A stretch of DNA of 64,000 nucleotides, taken from assembly GCA_028534125.1 (NCBI GenBank), contig CM052816.1, forward strand, positions 77,750,001-77,814,000, written 5' to 3'. Shown piece after piece: positions 51,492 to 64,000 of this stretch. Below the pieces are notes generated by a model that ran no database searches, was not told the DNA's origin, and saw only the letters and a list, made by a program, of their open reading frames with translations. This stretch comes from Lama glama. Its lineage: Eukaryota. The stretch's first letter is position 1. Every line of letters begins with the position of its first letter. Both the position numbers and the translations under genes were made by a program.

Positions 51492-53249
51492 TTATGAGAC
51501 ATCTGCCAAAACTGCACCTTCACATAAGCACTTTTTGGACTGGTAGAAGAGGTCATATATTCAGAAGGTAAAAAAATGTAACTCTTACAGCTTACAGCTG
51601 ATACAGGTAACTCTTCTGTTACATAAAATTAAAAACAGAAAACTGTGGTTTCTTTCCTAATCATTCTTTCTTCCCTAAGACGATCTTTATGATGAGCTGC
51701 CAAGTGTGCTTAACTTCTGTGTCCACCAAACTCTAATCCCTGGCAAACATAATTTTCATTCTAGAAATGAGAAATCTGCCCAAGAAGTAGCAGCACAACG
51801 TACGAGAACATCTGTACTCCTGGGTAAAAGTGATCTGTGCACACGATGCGGGCAGCGGTGATTTCCTCTCCTCGGCTTCCAAAACAGGAGAGGCTGGGAA
51901 GGCAGCAATGCAGCCCAGCCGACATGAACCTTCTGGGGTTTCAGAAGTGATTACAACCAAGTTCTCTAATTGCTTGTGTGTTTTATTAAGTAGATCCCAT
52001 TTGAGTCTAAAATCACATGTGATGTTTAAATGTTATTTCTGTAAACTATACAAAACTATAATCTCCCAGTAAAGAAAAAAAAAAGATGCTGTCAAGTAAG
52101 AGATACGAAATGAGATCGTTCCCCTTATTTGTGAGACAGATGTTATTTTTGGCTCTTCTGTATAATGCATTCCATATTATAGTCTCTTTCTAACCAAACA
52201 CTAGGAATAGCATGTGTTTGCACAAAGTGCACCAAAACCATTATCAGGAAAACTTCTTTTTATTAACACTGACAACTTTTCGAGTCCCCAGTGCAGAAAC
52301 CTCCAACCGTCGGCTGCAAATAGAGCCAATTATGCCAAGACTGGATTTTTTTTTTGTCCATCTCACATATTCTTCCAATAGAAGTAAAGCTGTACATTTC
52401 CTTCAGAACCTACCCTGGGCACTGACAGATGGTTTTTTTTTTTTCTTTCTCTTATCTTTCCTATGAAGCTCTTTGTCATCTTATACTAAGAGATTTCATA
52501 AGATTTAAGGTTTCTTCTTTATCATTTTTAGAAAAATGTAGAAAAAGAAGACAGTAAGGATGGCATAAACTTACACAGAAAAAAAAAAAAAGACTCCCTC
52601 ATATGAACTGGCTACTCTACGTGCATTTATCTCCAAAAAGTTTGATGCTGAGTAAATATCAGCCGAAACTAATTAGCTCCAGGACAAAAATTTCCATATT
52701 GAACTGGGATGACAAGAATGCAACCAGAAATGAATAAATGTACTGGTTGGAAGCAGATGGTAGTTTTACCAACCAGTGTGTGCAGAGGAAGAAACAAATG
52801 GTTACTATTAGGCTGATTTAATTTTCAGTTGGAGGTTCTTCTTGATGGAGAAGCTGATGTTCATTTAAATAATCTGACCTCAGCCAACAGCTAATGCCTT
52901 AGGGGTTTGCTGAGGTATTGCTTTACTCTACAGAGTTTTAAAAGAAGGTGACTTGCCCTCCAACAGCCTGGGGGCACTGCCAGCTAAGATAAAGAACAAA
53001 AATTCCTTAAAGAGACAAGAGCCTGGATACATGGAATACAGAGCTTTCTTCGTAAAGTTCTTCCCTGTTGCTGCTGTAGTGTAAGGAGGGGTTACAGTGG
53101 CAGGACTTGGGATTTAGAGAAGACACAGGCTTCCCTGTATCAAAGAAGAATATGTGAGAGTTTGGGGAGATATGTGGGACCATAAATGGGCCCCTCTTTC
53201 CCATGGAGTGATAGTGGGTGATGGTGAGGACCTAATAGGCAGATATTCT

Positions 53250-53830
53250 CCCAAATTCACCGGGACCATAGTCAGTAGTCAAGGGAACTAGTCAATGGTC
53301 AAGGCTATTTCCCTTCAGTTCCCCCACATCTGGGGGTGCAGCTCCCACACCCTCCAATACAAGGCTGCTCCCCCTAGAGCAGGGTAGGGCAGGGGCGCTG
53401 ACCCTCTCTTCATTCCCCCTGGTGCAGCCCTGGCAGAAGTGGAGCCCTTGTGCCCTGCTGGATTATTGGGGAGGCTCTTCTGATACAAGCTGGCCAGTCC
53501 GCCCTGCTGTAGGTCTGGCCCCATCCACATTCCCTCGGTCCACTTGGAGGTCATCTGCAGCTTCAGTAGACAGTTCTCAAACATGCCAAAGCCATCCTCC
53601 CTCAAGGGCCTGCATCTCTCTGCCTATGGTCTTTCTCTGGACTCAGGAGATGCCTGGTCCTCGCAAACAATGAGGCATGGAAGTTGGTGAATGAATACCT
53701 CTGCTTTCATGTCCCTTGGTAAGACAATTCTTAGGTGGGTCCTATCCAGCCTCTTAGAAGGTCTGCAAAAGAATTAGCTGTCCCCAGAGGTAATGTGCCC
53801 ATTAATATCCCTTTGATTTGCTTTTTCAGA
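53250..53830. mobile_element. LTR16-like ERVL LTR
   Basis: aagttggtgaatgaatacctctgctttcatgtcccttggtaagacaattct pattern. Confidence 0.5.
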
Positions 53831-56351
53831 GTTTTGTAGTGCATAGTTTTGAGTCAAGTTCATCATAAGAGGTGCAGCACGTGAAGTTGAAGGATTTCAG
53901 ACATTGATCCTCTTAATGTCTGGGTTAATGTGAATAGCTGAAGAGCCATGGTATCTGGGTTTAAAAAAATCTTTGTAAGTGGCCAGTTGTCTGAAATCTG
54001 AGTAGGCAAATGTATAGTTCTCAGTGACCATGAACACATCTCTTCCCAGTTCTTTGTTTAAAGCCTTCATGTTGGTAGCTGGGCCACGATGAGTGTATTT
54101 ACACCACAAAAATCAGTAAACACTCCAAACTTCCCCAAAGAGCCTGTTGTTAAACATTTACCAGCACACCCTTTTCTCATAGCCCTTTTTCACAAGAGCG
54201 GGAAATACCTCTTACTTTACACAAGAGCAGGAAATGCTTAATACCCAGAGGAATATTTCACAAGAATAATGACCCCCCCCCAAACTCCTCTAATTCACCT
54301 GCTGGGGTCTGAGGTGTAAGAACAGAGAATGCAGGAGGAACTGGGCTCCGAAGGCAGCTCTACCCCATGGAGCTCAAGCACAAAGCAGATCTTGGTGAGC
54401 AGTGAGTGGGAAGGAAATGGTAAATGGACAGACAGAGTGAGGTGGGTGAGGAGGAGCTATCACTAGGTTAATGCAAATTATGAAAAGGTTTAAAAATTAT
54501 ATGATTTGAAGACTGAACCCTCACACCAAACACAACCCCAACACCACTTTCCCTAAATTCTTGAAATTGCTACCTTCAAGTCAAGGAAAGCATCAGATGA
54601 GATGGGGTGGGGGGTATCCGGATGGTCGCAGTGGGCAGGTATGTTGGCCTGTGGTTCCAAGAAAGGGAAGGGCATGTGCAAAATGCAGAGGCTTGTGCCA
54701 GGATGTCCAATTTGGGGGAATTTTTTTTGAGAACATCAGGTAAGAACTTGAGTGGTCTTGAGTTCTAATCTAAACTTTGTTACTGAATGACCTTCAGCAA
54801 GTCACTGAAATTGCATGGATCTCAAGTTTCTTCATCCATAAAATGGGTAGACTGGACTATGCTAATTCCTACTCAGATACCCACTCTCGTCTTTCATAGT
54901 AGCAGAGCTCCTATTTATCAGGGAGTCAAGGTACCCAGGTGAGGAACTTGACTCTCCAGTAACTTCCCTGAGCAGCAGCACCAGCCTGACTCTCTGCCTC
55001 TGGACTTCTTATCACTTGGGAATCCAGCAGAGCCTTATTTGGTTCAGCCAATTGCGTTTATGCATCTGTTACATACAACCAAGTGCAAACCCAAATCTTG
55101 CACTATGTGTCAGTGATCCTCCCTAGAATACATCTCCACAAGAGAAGCACACTAGAATGAGGGTAGGGGCATGTCAACACTCTGAATTGTTTTAATCACC
55201 CGTACTACGAAAAGTAGAGTTAAACAAAAGACAATTTTGGCTGGTAGGAATATTCGAAGATGAAAGTCAGCTCTCTGTAGGGAGCATAGATTTAAAGTAG
55301 TTGATGGCAGTGAATAGGATGATTTCTCAGATTCCTTATAGATTCAGGAATTCTAAATTCACATCATTTCATCTAATTCGTTATCAGCCTCTTGGATATA
55401 GTAGAGCTATAAGGTCATGCATTAGATGGGGGAGGGAGGGGTTAGAATTTAGGGTCCCATCCTAGCTCAGTGGGATGCAAAGTGGAAAGTACCAGGTACT
55501 TCAATGGTGCTGAAAAGGGCTGGGAATGTGACAACATACCCAACAGTGACCTTCACAAGTTTTCCCAGGGCCACCCGTTTCACAGAGCACAAGGTGGAGG
55601 TGAGAAGCCAAGTACACAGAATCAAGAGAAAAGCAACAGTGCCCACGTCACCTAAACACCTGTGGTCACATGGGCAGGGCCTCATCGATGCTGAAGTAAA
55701 TGCACATTCTTCCCTCAGGGCTCACTCACAAAAGTAGGATTTCAACCCCAAGAAAGAAACCCATGGATTTATAAGTACCCAACTTTTCACAGTATATTCA
55801 AGATCGCTGGGGTTTGCACATACTCCCTAGTGTACGATTCTACAGGCTGTATTCAAATTTCCTAACATGTCATCTGTAGACGTCAACAGAATAAACAGAT
55901 AAATGCCATCTGCCATGAATTTAGTAAGTACTTTATACTCAGAATTCAGGGCCTCTGATTAGAGATGCGCTGGGATGCCCACTGGGTTTCCCTGTTGGTA
56001 CCTGTGACTAATGCAGGTAGGAGGAGGAGGAATGGGACGCAGGAGAAGGCCCTGGCATGTGCGACCAGAATGCACAGGCCTTTGCAAAGTCTGCTTTAGT
56101 TTTACAGAGCAACTCTACTAATTTCTTTGTAAATAATTTCTACGTTTATCTTTATTAATTCCTTCACTCCACATTCTTTGACTTTATTTTTCTCATAGGT
56201 AACCAGCTTCTTGATTTCAAAGATTACTTCATTTATTTTTTTGTCTTCCTTGTTTTTCCTAACAAGTACAATTATAACTGATCTTTATCCAAGTACTGTC
56301 TTGGCCACATCAATGGCTTTAACATGTTTCATTATATTGCATTTCTCAATA

Positions 56352-56622
56352 GTTTTTTTAAATTGAAGTATAGTCGGTTACAATGTGTCAATTTCTGGTG
56401 TACAGCATAGTGTTTCAGTCATACATAGACATACATGTATTCGTTTTCATATTCTTTTTCATTACAGGTTACTACAAGATATTGAATATAGTTCCCTGTG
56501 CTATATAGAAGAAACTTGGTTTTTATGTATTTTATATATAGTAGTTAGTATCTGCAAATCTCCAACTCCCAATTTATCCCTTTCCCTCCAGTAACCATAA
56601 GTTTGTTTTCCATGTCTGTGAG
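56352..56622 (-). mobile_element. Short L1 3' end nested in older L1-like sequence (~56090-57290)
   Basis: ttgaagtatagtcggttacaatg..caagatattgaatatagttccctgtgctata. Imperfect TSD tct(c/a)aatagtttt. Confidence 0.85.
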
Positions 56623-58929
56623 TCTCTAAATAGTTTTTATTTCCTCTTTAACTTAGGTGTTACAAAGAAGTGGGCTTTTATTTTCTTCAAGAAGTAGAGC
56701 TTTATTTTTAAGAAGTACAATTGGTTTTTGATTGGGGGTGGTTTGCTGGGTTTTTTTCTTCTCGATTTCTAATTTTAATACATCCTGATCAGTGAATGTG
56801 ACCTATATGACCTCTTTCTGTTTTTTTGTTAACATTTTCTAATCTACAATTTTTTTTCTGAATGCTTAATGTGCTTTTGAAAAGAATGAATGCTGCTCAT
56901 TGGAGATATATGTATGCAAAATTTATTCACTATGTTATTCAAATTTTTATATCCTTATTTTTAGTGTATTTGATTTGTGAATTTCTAAAAAGAATGTATG
57001 TTAAAGTCTATTGTGGTTATACATCTACCGATTTATCCTTTTATTTTCTATTTGTTTTTGTTTTACATATTTAGAAACTATGTTGTCAGGATCATAAAGT
57101 TTTGTTTGATAACTTTTATTACTTTTATTATTCTGAAATACTCCTCTTTGACCATTTTAATAATATCTACCTTGAATTTTTTTTGTCTGATGTTAGTATT
57201 GCCAAATTTGCTCTATTCTGGTTAGCATTTTCCCTTTATATATTTTTTCCATTCCTTTCATTTCAAGCTTTGTGTGTCTTTAGCCTGTTTGTGGGAAGAG
57301 CTGGACATGCCATTCTGTGCAGAGTGACCTCTAGCCTATCTCCTATAATCTGGACAAGGAACAGAATGTGCTGTCCTCCGGGACGGATGCTTTGCTATCT
57401 CCTGATGTGGGGACTCACTGATTCACCTGAATGTCACAGTCACGAAAGGCCCCACCCAGCCTCTCACTGAATGTTCCTGCCTAAGGGGGCAGACATGCTG
57501 GTTGCTCATGGCCTGGGAGGGGTAGAGGCAGAGGAGAGGGAGACTGCAAATGGTCAACATACCTGATGGCTTCTGCTGCAAAACCCCAGCCAATCAAATC
57601 TGCTCTCCAGATTTCTGAAAGTCACCAAACTCCCGGCTAGAAGCATCCTTAGAGCCAAAACCACCTTTACAGGAGTTCTCTCCTGCTTGGGTTTTGGGCT
57701 ATAATTTCCTTCTCCAATCTGATTCCAGCTATTTTCCGTCTTTCTGAAATCCATCAAATGCTTTGTGGCCAACTGAAGACTCTTTCATTTTTAAGCATAA
57801 TCTTAAAAACAAGGTTTCCACCATTTCTAGGGATTTGGGGTGGGAAGGAGAAGTTGCAAGGATTTCTATAACACTTGTTCTGTCTTTTCCATTACTTCTT
57901 TAAAGCCAGTTTACCAAACATGGGACTCTGAGGCAAAGCATATGAACATTTCTAGAGATCTTGACACATATTTCTAATTGCATTCTAGGAGTATAATAAT
58001 TTATACCACCCTCAGCAGTTCCCTCATTAGACATTTTGTTCATTGTTTAGAACAAGAAGAGAAGTTACATGTCAAGTAATCCAATGGTTAGTTTTTAACT
58101 ACTTTATAAAGGTGTAATTGACATACAACAAACTGCATATATTTAAAATATATAATTTGATACGTCTGACATATGTATACACCACTGCAATCAAGAGAGT
58201 AAACATATCCAACAATGTCCCAAATTTCCTGCTACCCTTTTGCAGCGCCTCCCTCCACTCCTAACTGCTTCACTCTCCCATCCCCAAGGTAACTAATGAT
58301 CTGGTTTCTGTCACTGTTGATTAATTCACATTTTCTAGAATTTTTTGTTTTTATAAATAGAATTATAACTATGCACACATTTACCTCTAGTCTTTCACTC
58401 AGCATAATTAACATTCATATTATTGCATGTGTTAATAGTTTACTCCTGTTTATGGCTGAGTAATATTCCACAGTGACAATAAACCATAATTTATTCATTC
58501 TTTTTTTTGGCTTGGATTAATCATTTTAACAATTTTATTTTATCTTCTTTATTGGTCTTTTAGCTATAATTCTTTGTTTTGTTATTTTATTGCTTTAGGA
58601 TATTGTGTATATCTTTAATTTATCACAATTTACCTTCAAGTTATATTATACCTCATTATGTATAGTATAAGAACCTTGACAATGGCATACTTCCACTTCT
58701 CCCTTCTTGTTCTTTGTGGTACTGCTGTCACACATTATACTTCTACATATTTTATAGCGTAGTAACTACATTGCTATTATTTTTGATAATTATATTTTTG
58801 AAGATTACTAATAAGGGGCAAAATCTTACATATTTACCCATGTAGTTACAATTTCTGCTGTTTTTTAATCTTTAGTGTAGATCCAGATTTCCATCTGAGA
58901 TCTTTCTATTTCTGCCTGAAGGACTTCCC

Positions 58930-59365
58930 TTTTAATTGAAGTACAGTTGATTTATAATGTATCAGTTTCTGGGGTATAGCAAAGTGATTCAGTTATAAAA
59001 TATATATATTCTTTTTCATCATAGTTTATTACAAGATATTGAATATAGTTCCCTGTGCCATACAGTAGGTCCTTATTATTCATCTATTTTACATATAGTA
59101 GCACATATCTGTTTATCCCAAACTCCTAATTTATTCCTCCCTCTCATTTTCTCTGTGGTAACCATAAGTTTGTTTTCTATGTCTGAGTCTGTTTCTATTT
59201 TGTAAATAAGTCATTTGTGTCTTTTTTAAGATTCCAGATATAAGTGATATCATACAATATTTGTCTTTCTCTTTCTGGCTTACTTCACTTAATATGATAA
59301 TCTCCAGGTCCATACATGTTGCTGCAAATGGCATTATTTTATTTTTTTTTTATAGAGGAGTAATA
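58930..59365 (-). mobile_element. L1 3' end with TSD ctgaaggactt
   Basis: ORF 59131..59334 MPFAATCMDLEIIILSEVSQKEKDKY. TSD at ~58916 and ~59366. Confidence 0.9.
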
Positions 59366-59727
59366 CTGAAGGACTTTCTTTAACATTTCTTGTAGTCATG
59401 GTCTGCTGGTGACAAATGCTTTCAGCTTTTATATGTCTCAAAATGTCTATTTGCCTTCATTTTCAAAGGATATTTTGCTGGTTATAGAATTCAAGGTTGA
59501 CACTTTTTATCTTTCAGTACTTGAAACTTGTTCCAAAACCCTCTCACTTACATTGCTTTTGATTAGAAAGCTACTTTTTTATCTCTGTTCCTCTGTACTT
59601 AAGCTATCTTTTTCTTCTGGCTGCTTCTAGGACTTTTTATCAGTGATTTTTGACAATTTAGTCGTGATGTAACTTGGTATGATTTTCTTCATATTTCTTA
59701 GGCTTGGGGTCTCTCGGGCTTCTTAGA

Positions 59728-60925
59728 TGGTTGGTAGAATAACAGCCTCCCAAGAATGTCCACATTCTAATCCCCCAAACCTACTGTATTAGTTTAGTAG
59801 GGTTGCCACAGACTAGGTGACTCAAACAACAGAAATTTATTCTCTTGTACTTCTGGAGGCTAGAAGCCCAAAATCAAGGTGCTGGCAGGGCCATATTCCC
59901 TCCAAAACCTCTAGAGGAGGGCACTTTGCCTCTTCCAGCTTTTGGTAGCCCCAGGTGTTCTGTGGCTTGTGTTGCCATAACTCCAGTATCTACCTGTGTT
60001 TACATGACCATCTGTCCACCGTGTCTGTCTTCACATTGTGGTTCCCTTTCTTTATGTCTGTCTTCTCTCTTGCATGCAAGTCATTTTGGATTAAGAGCTC
60101 ACCCTACTCCAGTATGACTTCATTGCAATTTGTATCTTAGCTACATCTTCAAAGACCCTGTTTCCAAATAAGGTCACACTTAGAGCTACCATGGGTTAGG
60201 ACTTCAACATATCTTTTGTGGGGACATAATTCACATCATAATACCTGAGAATATGTAATTGTAAACTTCAAAATGGACTTTGTGTATGTAATTAAACTAA
60301 GGATTTTAAGACTGGAATAGTGTCCTGGATCATCCAAGTGGACATGATCTAATCACAAAGATACTTACAAGAGGAAGACAGGAGGGCCAGAGTCAGAGAA
60401 GACGTGACAATGGAAGAAGTTGGGGTGATGCAGACACAAGCCAAGTAGTGCAAAGCCTCCAGAAGCTGGAAGAGGCAAGGAAGAGGTTCTCCTCTAAAGC
60501 TTCCAGAAGGAATGCAGCTCTACTGATACCTTTATTTTAGTCCCTAAGGTCCATTTCAGACTTCTGACCTCTAGTACTAGAGACATACCTCATTTTATCG
60601 TGCTCCCCAGATATTGTGGCTTTTACAAATTGAAGAGTAAGTCTATCAGCACCATTTTTCTAACAGCATTACTTTTTAATTAAGGTATGTATAGTGGTTT
60701 TTTTAGACATAATGTTATTGCACACTTAATAAACTACAGAATAGTATAAACATAACTTTTACATGCACTGGGAAACTGAAAATTTTGTGTGACTCATTTT
60801 ATTGTGATACTTGCTTTATTAAACTGAACCTGCACTATCTCCAAGGTGCCTGTGTAAGATAATAAATTTTGTCATTTTTAAGCCACTAAGTTGGTGGTAA
60901 TTAGTAACAGCAACAATAGGAAAGT
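59728..60925. mobile_element. MLT1 LTR (+) interrupted by an opposite-orientation MaLR LTR (~59785-60243) and a Tigger1 derivative
   Basis: MLT1 start gaataacagcctcccaagaatgtccacattctaatcccc, resumes at ~60245, ends tttaagccactaag..cagcaacaataggaaagtaata. Confidence 0.8.
60580..60852 (+). mobile_element. Internally deleted Tigger1-family MITE
   Basis: Termini (g)agacatacctcattttat ... ctatctccaaggtgcctg. Contains ttaattaaggtatgta..tagacataatg..ttgcacacttaata. Confidence 0.85.
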
Positions 60926-61008
60926 AATATATGAGGGTTTATAGGCATCATTAAATTGTTTCAAGTATTTTTTGTCCTTCCCCCTCGTCTCCTTCAGGGA
61001 CTCCGAAT

Positions 61009-61009
<1 letters not shown>

Positions 61010-61057
<48 letters not shown>
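61010..61057. repeat. (CA)n microsatellite
   Basis: Direct. Confidence 0.95.
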
Positions 61058-61060
<3 letters not shown>

Positions 61061-64000
61061 CCTCTTGAAATTGCCCCACAGCTCATTGATGCTCTGTATA
61101 TTTAATGCCTTTTCTCTGTGTGTTTCATGTTTGATAGTTTCTATTGGTATATCTTTAAATTCATCAGTCTTTTTTTCTGCAACATCTTGCCTGCTATCAA
61201 TCCCATTCAACATAAATTTGTCACCTCAGATGTTACAGCTTTCGTATCTAGAAGTTTGATTTGGGCATTTTAAAGAAATATCTTCCATGTCGTTACTTTC
61301 TGAGCACGTGGAATATAGTTATAGTAACTGTTTTAATGTCTTTGTCTGCTAAACCCAACATCTGTGCCAATTCTGTCAGTTTTGACTGAGTTTTCTTCTC
61401 ATTGTGGTTTGTATTTTCCTACTTTTTTGCATGGTTGGTGATTTTTCATTGGATTCCAGGCATTGTGAATTTTACTTTGGTATCAGATATTTTTGTAATC
61501 CTATAAATATTTTTGTGCTTTATTTAGGGATACAATTATGTTGTAAGGGAACAGTTTGGTTCCTTTTATTCTTGCTTTTGAGACTTGTTAGACAGCACCA
61601 GAGCGGTGTTTAGCTTATTGTTAATTACTTCCCAGCACTGAGACAAGACTCTTCTGAGTACCCAATGCTCCATGAATTATAAGGCCCTCCTTACAATATG
61701 GCTGGTGGGAACAGGCATTATTCCTGGTTCTGTGTCAGCACCAGAGACCATTCCTTCTAATCCTTTAGGATGGTTCTTTCTGTAGACTCAGGCAGTTTCC
61801 ACATATACATGGGATGAAGCCACTGTCTTGAAAACTATTGTTTCACATATTATAGCTTTGTTTCAGGTGGAAAGATAAATCCAATTCCTTTTAATCAATT
61901 TTGACAGAAGTAAAACTAAACATTTTCAGTGTGAGAAGTCTTTTTTCAAATAATGCAACTATTTAACACAGATTAAAAAGCAAAGCTCCTGTGATTGAAA
62001 CTGAGGTAAAAGACTGATGGCCTGAGGAAACCTGCCTACATGGCTGCTTCTTTGATACTCTCAGAAGCTCCCAAGTTCTCTTCCCCTGATTCTTTGAGGT
62101 TCACAGGACCCAGTTAAAAAACACTAGATCTAGTCAAACCTCTCCTTTTTATAACTCCTGGAACTGAGACTCAGAAGAATTAAGTCACTTGCCCAAGGTC
62201 ACACAGCCAAAACCTAGGTCACAGGATGAAAGGGAATAATGACTACACATGAGCAAAGGCCTCAAAGAATGGTGGCCGTTATTACTAGGTCTGCCTTTGT
62301 ATTTTTAAAATTCCAAAAGCCTGGGAAAGTGACTAGAGAGGAGGGAAAAACTATGAGTTTACAGAAAGGATCCAGTGCTAAAGGGCCCAGTTATGCCTTC
62401 TGTTAAAGTCAAGTTCATTCCCTGAAGCTCCATCTCCCGGGGAAGGTTTTCCTGGCTCCATCTCAGCTCACAGATCTCTGGTAAAGACAAAGCTCCTAAA
62501 GACTAGAACTCAGATCCCAGAATCACAGTTAAGTGTTCTGTCCACAGAATTCCATCACCTCCCCTCCACTGGTAACATTTTAGAATCCAGTGAAACCCTT
62601 ATTCTTTTTTATCTACCAAATACTACAAAAAAAAAAAAAAAAAAGACTGACCCAGAACAATGTGTTTGTGATTCTTGGCAAAATTCCCTGTGAACACATA
62701 ATGGTCTCAACCCCTCACTAAAAGAGCACGGATTCTGTTTAGCCTTGAAGTTCATGGTAGGGTGTGGCCTGACGGTGTTTAGGAAGTAAGCTAGAAGGAA
62801 GAGAGTTGATCAAATTTAAATAAAGGCTCTAGGCTCCCAGTGAAAACAACAAAATAGGAAGGACATGGATGCCAAGAGGGTCTAACTCAGACAATGACAT
62901 CCTGGGTAAGTCTGGATTTGCCATTCAGTGAATCTCAAATTCCTTGTCTTTAAACAGTATTCATAGAACCAGTCCCTGCTTGCTTCCCATAAAATCTGGG
63001 AGCTATAAGCAGATTTAAAAACAATTTGGAAATCACTTAGCATTCCTTGGAGATAGAATGATACATAAATATGTGGTATTACTATTTAATTTAACCATAC
63101 TTAAAAATTTACAATACTATCATTGAGAGAGATGATCGACAAAATTCTTAGTGTCTTTTCCAATTAATTTTCCAAATGAGAGAGAAGTTAATTACTCAGG
63201 ATTCTGGCTATATTACAATCTACTATAACCCAGAACTTGAGATACATTTATAACCCTTTCTATATCAGTGAGAACTGAAAAAATTTCAACACAACTGTTT
63301 CCACACACTGCAACACAGTATGTCCTTGGAGACAGCAGAGATGTATCACTCTTGAAGATTCAGTCCTGTCATTTTGCCCCACAGTTGAGGTAAAAATTAC
63401 CAATAACTTTGATTCATCTTTGTGACCTAAATGCTATTTTTTATATATATTTGTTTGCAAGTTACCACTAAAAATAGTTTATTTCACCTGAAGCTGTGCC
63501 TTTAGCTCAGGATGGCAAGATGTCATTCGGTAGGTAGTGACTTCATGACGTGAACTGCAGGGCTGCTGCTTATGGCTGTACAGGTATGAATAAGCCCTTG
63601 AGAACCGTGCTGTGTACAAGTTTTTCCACCATACATTGTTTTCTTTATTCTGCTTTAGTACTAGAGGAAAACAGTCGAGTCAAGAAAGGTAATATGGGAA
63701 CTGGGGAAACACAGAATATGAGGAAGCCAGGCAACAGAATTCCTCGGGAAAATATGCATACACAGATCTTTACTGCTTAGTCTGAAAATTGCAGACTTGG
63801 ATTTAACAACCCATAAGGTCCCTTAAAGTTACAAATGAATTAATTCAGTTTTGGAATTTATTTACACCCTGACTGTCAAATCAATAAGGTTAATAAAATT
63901 GAAAATCAGGACTAAAGGGGCAAAAGGGAAATGAAAATATGCTAACAATCAGGTTAACATAATTGCCAATCAAATTTTATATTTGGCTCTGAGCAATCGG

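Larger units (their letters stand above)
58090..61910 (-). mobile_element. Old L1 segments hosting nested younger insertions
   Basis: L1-like T-rich reverse sequence that resumes across each insertion. Confidence 0.75.

Noticed and set aside
1..64000. CRISPR array, operon or prokaryotic system
   Set aside because: The sequence is mammalian, with no repeat-spacer array or dense ORFs.

Overview
Mammalian genomic DNA, very probably camelid (a Vic-1-type SINE and camelid-like L1 3' ends), with two 500-N scaffold gaps and no intact protein-coding gene. The main signal is not visible in the ORF track. It is a decayed multi-exon gene on the minus strand, ~22212 down to 298, probably continuing past the window start. 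I rebuilt 22 exons (~2.55 kb, ~850 codons) from splice signals. Their phases chain together if ~4 frameshifts are allowed, and they carry many in-frame stops. The conceptual protein shows collinear motifs resembling the atypical multi-RGS-domain proteins RGS22/RGSL1, judged against sequences recalled from memory and not by a search. It looks too divergent to be either ortholog, so it may be a fossil of a third, lost paralog. The rest of the window is repeat-rich: L1, L2, MIR, MaLR/ERVL LTRs, an ERV1 solo LTR, MER5A/MER58/Tigger1 and microsatellites. It also holds a few enhancer-like unique stretches and two orphan exon-like segments. Repeat boundaries are approximate.
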